From an uncultured Ruminococcus sp. (lineage in GTDB: Bacteria; Bacillota; Clostridia; Oscillospirales; Acutalibacteraceae): 64,000 nt of DNA. The notes beneath the pieces were generated by a model. It worked only from the letters and a program-made list of their open reading frames with translations, had not been told where the DNA came from and made no database searches. The stretch lies in the NCBI GenBank assembly GCA_902768825.1, contig CACXMR010000004.1:14241-78240 (forward strand), in the 5' to 3' direction. Both the position numbers and the translations under genes were made by a program. Of the stretch, positions 19,501 through 25,789 are shown piece by piece. How positions within the stretch are numbered: the first letter of the stretch is position 1; each line of letters opens with the position of its first letter.

Positions 19501-22500
19501 GGAACGGAGTCACCATATCCGTGATCTCATAGTCGTGTTCAAAGTGGTTTACAGCTTCAAGACGGGCTTCGGTTTCATCATCCACAAGCTGAACCTTGTC
19601 AGTACTATCCTTGACAGCAAACTCTAACAGTGCCCGCTCATAGGTCAGGATCATCTCCCTGATAAAATTCTCTGTATAGAGATCGGAAGCGTAGGAGCAA
19701 TGGTAAGTCAGCCTGTTGCCATCAGGATAAATGAGGACTTCTATCTTTGCCTTGTCTTCCTCAAAGGTCAATGGAATGCTCTCAGCCTTTGCTCCGCAGA
19801 AATCAAACCTGCTGCCGTCTGTCAGGGTACTCTGATATACAAACAGCACATCTGCGGTCACGCCCAGATCATGTCTAATTTCCGCAAAGGAATATACGTC
19901 ATAGTGCAGGCTGTCGGCAAGCTGACTGCCAATGTCTTTGATGTAGCTCTCGGTGTCAGTATTATCAAGTCTGCAATGTACAGGATAAGTGCGCACAAAC
20001 ATGGAGATACTGTCGTTAAAACGAGGATCGTTCCTGCCGTTATTAACAACCGTAAAGACTGAATCCTCTCTGTCACAGTATTTTCCCAACAGCCAGCCAA
20101 AAACAGAGGTACAGAAAGCGTTTTCACTGACATGGTGCTTACCGCAATAGTCCCTGATTACGGCAGGGATGTTCTCTCTGCCGGTAAGGTTCAGCATCCT
20201 GCTTCCCTTCTGCGCCCCGGCGGAAACCACGTTGTTAATCGGAACGCAATCACTTTCTACGCCGTCCAAAAGCCTTGTGTAATATTCCTTAGAAGCATTA
20301 TAGTGTTCGCTCGCCCTGAGCTTTTCCTCTACAAGTGCCGCCTCATATCCGCTGTATTTTTCGGGGGTGAGTGTTTTTCCGTTATATGCAGCGGTGATAT
20401 CACGCAGGAAAATATTCTTGGAGCCGCCGTCAAATACGATGTGGTGAATGTCATAGAAGAAATAGTTTTCCTTATTGGTCCTGATAAGCTTGAAACGTAG
20501 CAGCCTTTCCTTTTGAATATCAAAGGGAACAACCAGATCATTCTGTATTTCATCGATAGAGTCACAGCGGATCTCTTCTATATCCTCTTCTTTAAATGTT
20601 TTGTCCCTTCTACGCTGACGGATTTCGCCGTTTTTGTTGATAAACATTTCAGTCATCATGTAGGGGTGCGCATTGACCGCTGCGGTAATAGCTGTTTTTA
20701 GCTTCGGCAATTCTATGGCGTCATCCAGCTTCAACAGACCCGGAACATTATAAACAGGAGTGTCAGGGTGCGACAGCGTCTCAAAGAAAATGCCCTCCTG
20801 GGTCTTGGTTATTGCGTATTCATCATAGATTTCAAAGTCCTCGCTGCCCTTATCCGCAAGAACCTTAATGAAGGCTTCAAGCTTTTTTATTGTGTCGTTT
20901 TCTCTCAGGTCACGGATCTGTACGTTTACACTGAAAGCATCGCTCAGCTTTATACAGAAGCCCACGCTGTTGAGGGAAGTCAGACCTGCCGAATAAAGCT
21001 CGGTGTCAATGCCGAAATCGCTGCTGCCAAGAACCTCTGCCGCAATATCGAATATACGCTGCTGCACTTCATTCTGCGGGGGAATTATGGTTTTATCAGC
21101 TGCAGCAGGCTCAGGAAGTCGTTTTGTATCAGTCTTGCCGTTAGCTGTCACCGGCATCTCATCCATCTGAAGGTAAGCTGTAGGAACCATGTAATGGGTA
21201 AGGTGCTTTTTCAGCTCGTCGCGGAGATCGTCGATTTCGATCTTCTTATCGGCAGTAAAGTAAGCGCACAGATTGTCCTGTCCGCCTATCTTGCGGATGA
21301 TAACCGACGCCTTTTTGATATGGGGCTGGGCTGCAATCAGCTCTTCGATTTCTGAAAGCTCTATTCTCAGTCCACGAAGCTTAACCTGACTGTCAAGTCT
21401 GCCTAAAATGAACACGTTTCCGTCCTTGTCGTATTTAGCATAGTCGCCGGTGCGATACATTCTCTGTCCGTTGTACTCCACAAAGGACTCTGCGGTTTTT
21501 TCGGGTAGGTTGCGGTAACCCTTGGCAACTCCTACGCCGCCTACATACAGTTCGCCGATCACGCCCCAGGCCGCAAGGTCGCCGTATCTGTCAACAATAT
21601 ATTCGCTGTAGTTAAGAAGCGGTCTTCCTATAGTAACATAATCCGCATCCGTCAGGTCAGCTGCATTGCATGAAACGGTTATCTCTGTGGGGCCATAGGT
21701 ATTGACGATCTTTATCTCATCGGAGCAGGCTTTGATAGCGTCCCTCAGTGACATGGGATAACCCTCACCGCCGGACATGACAAGCTTACACCTTGCAAGC
21801 TCTTTTCTGAAGGGCTCATATTCCATATATTGCTGCAATCTTGACGGTGTGGCATTCATGCAGTCAACACTGTATTTCTCCATCAGGTCGGCAAGCGCTC
21901 TCGGGTCGTTCATTTCCTCCTCGGAAGCGAAAACCAGCGTTTTGCCGTTGCAAAGGGCTGCCGTGTGCTCCTTGAAGGACATATCAAAGGATACTGTTGT
22001 CACGGAAAGATATGTCTCAACATGATTTTTGATATAATTCATGTGGATATTTGCAGGGTGCGGCATCAGATAGTTGCATATTCCGATGTGACTCAGCATA
22101 ACTCCCTTGGGCTTGCCCGTTGAGCCGGAGGTGTAGATCATGTAGGCAAGCTCATCGCCGGTCATTTCTATTTCGGGGGCTGAGGTATCGCTGCCCTCAA
22201 GAATATCCGATACGTTTATGGCGTTGTATGCTGCGTAGTCTGCAAGCTTTTCCTGGGTAGTTATTATGCACACAGCTCCGCTGTCCTCAATAATGGAGCG
22301 TATACGGTCAGCCGGATACTGCGGATCGCAGGGAATAAATGACGCACCGGCCTTGTTGACACCGAAGAGACAGCTGAAGAATGTGCTTTCTCTTGGGAGA
22401 AGAAGGACAACACTGTCACCCTTGCGAATGCCCTTATCAATCAGGTTGTTTGCAACGATGTCAGAACTCTTGCTGAGCTCATTATAGGTCATTGTTTTGT

Positions 22501-25500
22501 CCTTGGCTATCAGGGCGATTCTATCCGGATTTTCGTTTGCGCTTTGCTCAAAAAGCCTGTGCAGAAGCTTTATGGGAATATCGGCCTTTGCAGTGGATGA
22601 AAACTCATTAACAGTCTTTAGCTGCAGAGCAGGCAGTGCAAGGGCATCCCTGACTGTAGCAGACTGAGGTTCACAGAGTCTCTCAGCGGTACTAAGGAAT
22701 TGCTCGATAAAGCCTTCGATCACGGTATCTTCAAACAATTGGCTGGAATACTGAAGATAGCAGTCAATGCCCTGCTCCTTAACCTGCATGACCAGATTAA
22801 TGTCCTTGCCGGAGGTTTGCAAACGATATGATGATTTTATTGCAACTCCGTTTCCGCTCATATCATTCTGTATGGGAATATAGTTAATACCCACATCGGA
22901 CAGCAGACTGCGTGAAGCGTCCCTTTCTTTGGCAAACGCCGCCACCAGACGGTCAAAGGGGCAGGTATTCTCCTTGATATACTCAGAAACAGCTTCCTTT
23001 ACTTCACTGATGTAGTCGTCAGATCTTTTGGATCGAACCGGTCTGAGGCGCAATAGCGCAGTATTTACAAACATACCGATGGTATTGCTTGTCTTTGCGT
23101 CACGGGTATTAACAGGTACACTGACCACTATATCCTCTGACGCAGTATATTTTGCAGCCGTCATGGAATATGCCGATAGCAGCAGATCAAAGGGCGTCAC
23201 TGACTTTTGGCGGGCTGTCTGTTTTATGGCTTGCAGAAGGTCGTTTCCTATGACAAAGAAACGGTCGGTATCTGATTCGGGATGCACCTTGGGACGTGGA
23301 GCTTTGGTGGTAAGCTCTGTGACCGGAACACCGTCCGCAAAGAGTGCCTTGTATTTTTCAAAGCCCTTCTGATAGGAGGCTTCGTGATTTACCTGAGAAG
23401 CACCGCTCAGGTCAAAGCTGTCAAGGACAGGAGCATTGCCTGTAAGCCTTGCAAAAAGCTCTTTTCCAAACAGTATATCGCTGCCGCCGTCAAACATAAT
23501 GTGATGATAAAACAGGACAAGCAGGCATTGTTTTGTGTCCGTGTAGATAACAGCACTGGCAGGAATGCCAGCGGAAAGATCGTATGTCTTGTCCTGAGCT
23601 TCCGCCATAGAACGGGCTGCCTGAATATCGCTGATCTGACAAACGGTGATTTCGGGTATTTCGTCAACCAATACTCTAAGAAGCCTGCCGTCCTTTTCAC
23701 GATAGACCGAATGGAAGGCTTCGTGGCTGCGGAAAATATCTTCCACTGCATTTTTTATCTGCTCCGCTCCTGAGCCGTTGACCTCATAATAGCCTATCAG
23801 GTTATACATCCTCGATTCAGGATTCAGCTTCTGCTCAAGATACATACCTGTCTCAAAGGTGCTCAGGGGGTATTCATTCAGCTGGGCTTTCTCTGACGAT
23901 TCCTGTGTTACTGCCATTTCAAGCATTGCTGAGATCCTTTTGGGAGTTTTTCCGGAGAAGATGATCTCCGAAGAAAGTGACGCTATGCCGCATTCCGCCT
24001 GGAGCGTCATTGCCAGCAGTGAATCGCCGCCCAAAGAGAAGAAATTATCGTTAACTCCTACCTGACCGCATTTCAGTATTTTTTCAAAAGCGGAGCAAAG
24101 AACCCTTTCATACTCCGTTTCAGGCGCTGCATATTCCTCCTTGAAGGATGCAGCCATCGGCGGCTTTATCGCCTTGCGGTCGATCTTGCCGTTGGTGTTA
24201 AGCGGAAAAGCTTCCACCTCCACAAAGAATCGGGGGATCATATAATCCGGCAGCTTCCGGCGGAGTGATGCTTCGATGACTTCGGATGATATGGACATAT
24301 CGTTTTTTACTTTATAGTATGCGGCAAGATAGGTAAGTCCGTATTCGTTCTCAAACGCCTTGACAACGGCTGCTTCAACCTCCGGATGATCCGTAACCAT
24401 CCGGACTTCTATCTCTCCGGTCTCGACACGCTGACCGTTGATCTTCACCATCCAATCCTTGCGGTTGACATAGACGATATTCCCGTCCGGCAGCATCCTG
24501 CCTATATCGTTAGTGTGATAAAGTGTCAGACCGTCCGCAGGATCAGAGAAGGGATCAGCAGCAAATGCTTCCTTTGTTTGCTTTTCCAGCTTCCAATATC
24601 CCTTTGAAAAGCTTCCGGCAAGGCAAATCTCTCCCTCCTCGCCCATCGGGACCTGCTTGCCGCTGTCATCAAGGAGATATACGGATACTCCATCGGCAGG
24701 CCTTCCTATGGGTGTATTGTCATAGGCTTTATCAACATTGAAGGTGAGAGAACAGAGCGCCTCGGATGAACCGTATGTATTGATTATCCTGTATTCGTTG
24801 GAATAAAAGTCGGATAATCTCTCGCCCACCGTCTGAACGAACCGCAGGGATGAATTGTGGATATCCAGACGCTTGAGCATATTGGGATTGATATACAAAG
24901 CGGTAATTCTGTAATCTATTATGGCTTTCCTGACATAGGAAAGCTCCTTGCGCTCCTGATCGTTGAGTATCAGGAGATGCGCTCCCGAAAGAATGGTGTC
25001 ATACACCTCTGCAACGGACAAAGCAAAGCTAAGGCTCACAAGCCCGAGTGTTCTGTCGCTGTCTGTCATTCCGTTGATGCAGGTGTTCTTTTGCACTGCC
25101 TCAAATAAAGATCGGTGTGTATGCACAACACCCTTGGGATTCCCGGTGGAGCCTGAGGTGTAGATCAACAGAGAAATATCCTCGTCAGTAGTCTCAGCGT
25201 CCTCAGTTGCCGGCTCTGCACTCATGGCATCACGCATAAAGGCTTCATCTATCACTATCTGTGCCTGACAGTCATTTTTTATATAATCAATACGTTCCTG
25301 AGGATACTCCTGCAGAAGCGGCACATAACCGCAGCCGGCTCTTAGCACACCGATCTCTGCAGCTATATAATCAATACCCCGTGGCAGAATAACCGGAACA
25401 AGACTTCCTCTCTCCGTGCCCTTTGACCTCAGTAACGCAGCAATCCTTCCGCTGAGGGTCATCAGCTCTCCGCCTGTCAGACTGCGCCCGGTAAAGCTCT

Positions 25501-25567
25501 CTGTAAGCAATACTTTATCCCGGTACCGTTCAAATATGGTTTTAAACCTTTTTGTTAATCCGCTCAT
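13502..25567 (-). CDS. Four-module non-ribosomal peptide synthetase, A-T-C-A-T-C-A-T-C-A-T-R (terminal thioester reductase)
   Basis: Uninterrupted 4021-aa ORF. A-domain cores LIYTSGSTGNPKG, MIYTSGSTGKPKG, MLYTSGSTGVPKG, MIYTSGSTGKPKG. Carrier motifs GGDS, GLTS, GLTS, GGTS. C-domain motifs HHIMFDGGS, HHIVFDGGS, HHLIFDGLS. C-terminal ~369 aa is an SDR reductase (LLTGATGFMG, YTSSK; about nt 13505-14611). AAGGAG RBS. Confidence 0.95.
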   Translation of the reverse strand: MSGLTKRFKTIFERYRDKVLLTESFTGRSLTGGELMTLSGRIAALLRSKGTERGSLVPVILPRGIDYIAAEIGVLRAGCGYVPLLQEYPQERIDYIKNDCQAQIVIDEAFMRDAMSAEPATEDAETTDEDISLLIYTSGSTGNPKGVVHTHRSLFEAVQKNTCINGMTDSDRTLGLVSLSFALSVAEVYDTILSGAHLLILNDQERKELSYVRKAIIDYRITALYINPNMLKRLDIHNSSLRFVQTVGERLSDFYSNEYRIINTYGSSEALCSLTFNVDKAYDNTPIGRPADGVSVYLLDDSGKQVPMGEEGEICLAGSFSKGYWKLEKQTKEAFAADPFSDPADGLTLYHTNDIGRMLPDGNIVYVNRKDWMVKINGQRVETGEIEVRMVTDHPEVEAAVVKAFENEYGLTYLAAYYKVKNDMSISSEVIEASLRRKLPDYMIPRFFVEVEAFPLNTNGKIDRKAIKPPMAASFKEEYAAPETEYERVLCSAFEKILKCGQVGVNDNFFSLGGDSLLAMTLQAECGIASLSSEIIFSGKTPKRISAMLEMAVTQESSEKAQLNEYPLSTFETGMYLEQKLNPESRMYNLIGYYEVNGSGAEQIKNAVEDIFRSHEAFHSVYREKDGRLLRVLVDEIPEITVCQISDIQAARSMAEAQDKTYDLSAGIPASAVIYTDTKQCLLVLFYHHIMFDGGSDILFGKELFARLTGNAPVLDSFDLSGASQVNHEASYQKGFEKYKALFADGVPVTELTTKAPRPKVHPESDTDRFFVIGNDLLQAIKQTARQKSVTPFDLLLSAYSMTAAKYTASEDIVVSVPVNTRDAKTSNTIGMFVNTALLRLRPVRSKRSDDYISEVKEAVSEYIKENTCPFDRLVAAFAKERDASRSLLSDVGINYIPIQNDMSGNGVAIKSSYRLQTSGKDINLVMQVKEQGIDCYLQYSSQLFEDTVIEGFIEQFLSTAERLCEPQSATVRDALALPALQLKTVNEFSSTAKADIPIKLLHRLFEQSANENPDRIALIAKDKTMTYNELSKSSDIVANNLIDKGIRKGDSVVLLLPRESTFFSCLFGVNKAGASFIPCDPQYPADRIRSIIEDSGAVCIITTQEKLADYAAYNAINVSDILEGSDTSAPEIEMTGDELAYMIYTSGSTGKPKGVMLSHIGICNYLMPHPANIHMNYIKNHVETYLSVTTVSFDMSFKEHTAALCNGKTLVFASEEEMNDPRALADLMEKYSVDCMNATPSRLQQYMEYEPFRKELARCKLVMSGGEGYPMSLRDAIKACSDEIKIVNTYGPTEITVSCNAADLTDADYVTIGRPLLNYSEYIVDRYGDLAAWGVIGELYVGGVGVAKGYRNLPEKTAESFVEYNGQRMYRTGDYAKYDKDGNVFILGRLDSQVKLRGLRIELSEIEELIAAQPHIKKASVIIRKIGGQDNLCAYFTADKKIEIDDLRDELKKHLTHYMVPTAYLQMDEMPVTANGKTDTKRLPEPAAADKTIIPPQNEVQQRIFDIAAEVLGSSDFGIDTELYSAGLTSLNSVGFCIKLSDAFSVNVQIRDLRENDTIKKLEAFIKVLADKGSEDFEIYDEYAITKTQEGIFFETLSHPDTPVYNVPGLLKLDDAIELPKLKTAITAAVNAHPYMMTEMFINKNGEIRQRRRDKTFKEEDIEEIRCDSIDEIQNDLVVPFDIQKERLLRFKLIRTNKENYFFYDIHHIVFDGGSKNIFLRDITAAYNGKTLTPEKYSGYEAALVEEKLRASEHYNASKEYYTRLLDGVESDCVPINNVVSAGAQKGSRMLNLTGRENIPAVIRDYCGKHHVSENAFCTSVFGWLLGKYCDREDSVFTVVNNGRNDPRFNDSISMFVRTYPVHCRLDNTDTESYIKDIGSQLADSLHYDVYSFAEIRHDLGVTADVLFVYQSTLTDGSRFDFCGAKAESIPLTFEEDKAKIEVLIYPDGNRLTYHCSYASDLYTENFIREMILTYERALLEFAVKDSTDKVQLVDDETEARLEAVNHFEHDYEITDMVTPFRRQAAKTPDNIAVVYLDHTYTYRDVDRITENIAAFLKAKGVGKNQAVSVMIPRCEYMPIASIGVLKSGAGYQPLDPSYPSERLEFMIKDADAKYLIADRNLMDKLPDYKGPVLYTDEIPSLPDAERITENPEPSDLFIMLYTSGSTGVPKGVMLEHHNLRCFCEWYIKNYDIDENSRSSAYASYGFDCHMLDMYPVLFCGGQLHIIDESIRLDLIAIKDYFHKYGITHTFMTTQVGRQYADLFPDAAYPHHLIVAGEKLVPVEPPRGFTLYNGYGPTESFFTHMFTVDRLYTRVPIGKPLYNMKQYIVDKNRNRLPFGMPGELIVAGHQVARGYLNRPEKNAEVFIRNPFSDEPGYTHAYRTGDIVRIMPDGTADFIGRNDGQVKVRGFRIELSEVESVIRKFPGIKDATVQAFDKKTGGKFIAAYVVADEPVDVDALGEFIRKDKPAYMVPAVTMQIDRIPLNQNQKVNKRALPEPVKTTNTNDNERQARPLTLFEEEIAGVAKRLLGDIDIHPAEPLINYGLTSISAIGLVATLADKFNAEVSASMLLDGASIIDIENIIFKSWMQKGFSQQSEMQADITEEKPKSDKVPLSDVQIAVYYDAMKNEADIVYNLPMCLQFEQLDGQRLADAVKSAVVAHSYLNTHIELCDGRLVQVRNDDAPVKVDVLTMDSEELEQFKNSFIRPFDLHKGPLFRSSVVNSGGKTYLFFDVHHLIFDGLSRGILLRDIDAAYSGKELSGESYTYFDYSQEGEELKQTDEYSEAEKYFDRLFQSYEAPTGIPFDRSGNEENGVIGEVSCTVSKQAVDAFCRQNNVQASAFFLAAVFYTASRYAGTKNVYLSTISSGRESIKTRNTLGMFVHTLPLAMEFDKSMNVLELVKASNSVMRGSIKNEIYPFAEIAAKYGYKTEIMYECQLGVITEGGTIGGNAYKQVRLSFEAPKFRIVFSIVERGGEYAVRVLYNDALYSKQYMQTLADSVKTMTDRMIDKSDTVVCALSLITDEEKQALVKLGRSAQLEVETVLLHRVFEKTAADAFDKTALIACDKTLTYSELNKDANRIAHSLMEKGVRPGDSIVLLLPRRSYYFEAVFGVLKAGAAFVPCDPEYPADRISHITEDSGARFIITTEEHSSDYPAERVLLIDTLFDSSNTENPDVPLTGQDLAYMIYTSGSTGKPKGVMLMHEGICNYCITHPANILYDTLSKGISKMLAVSSVSFDLSLKDTLGILCNGKTVVFANEDQMNNPLELTRLITENGVDAMNATPSRYQQYMEYAPFADALKQCRMVLAGGEAFSETLLKRLKELHIENVINTYGPTETTISCNMAYLQNADHISVGRPLLNVCEYIVDSDLNMLPRGVIGELLIGGPGVARGYRNLPEQTKQRFIEYNGQRVYRSGDYAKWDAEGNAVVIGRMDGQIKLRGLRIELGEIEGLMEQQPHIKRAAAAVRRIGGRENLCAWFTADMRVDLAELREALAQKLTHYMVPAAMMQVDNIPVTPNGKTNVKALPDPELVESGEYEPPANDTEEFFCKLFGEIVGLDKVGANDDFFSIGGTSLAVTSVMIKANEQGYELTYGDVFKYTTPRKLASRFTGEGDNVSLSAARFDSYDYTKIHQMLRSNSVDSFVNGEKRPLGNILLTGATGFMGIHVLAEYLKSYTGTVYCMVRKGRYDTAFSRVRNMLYYYFDDRFEGMLDRIKAFDGDVTDYESFSSLLSMPIDTVFNCAASVKHFSSGTDIEDINVGGAKNCIRYCLEKGARLIHFSTTSVSGAVAAQPGKSMPFLDEHVLYFGQILENQYTSSKLLAEREVFENVVENGLDAKVIRVGTLAPRESDGEFQINWLTNNFMGRLRSFALLKAFPHDMINNPVRMGSIDESAKAFLLLAQTPGECCLFNAINNHSVPLVDIIRTMKELGIKIDFVYKPEFDAALEKAEQDPVKAAILSSMLAYKNMNGKNTIPVAARFDYTSRILSCMGFYWNNTDMAYIRRFIKALMGLGFFDEKNLNR

Positions 25568-25789
25568 AACATTTCTCCTTTCATATCGTACAAATGGGAC
25601 TGTCAGTTTCTTATACTAATACGAAAAAACTCATAATTCTAATTAATCATACCAGAAATTTTAATAATTGTCTATTATTTTTTGGCAATTTCTTAACTAA
25701 ACAGTGGACAACGACTGTTTTTTTTGATATCATCTTATCAAGGCTTTCACCCTGAGATCGGAATATTCTTTACAGAAAAGGTGGACAAC

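Noticed and set aside
13823-25163. About 40 plus-strand ORFs of 60-251 aa in the track (e.g. 14570-15325, 17798-18451, 20768-21355, 23282-23773) that are antisense to the NRPS.
   Set aside because: They lie entirely inside an uninterrupted 4021-aa ORF with canonical A/T/C/R motifs. They have no RBS and low-complexity or Cys/Arg-rich translations, which is typical of spurious antisense frames in a long gene.
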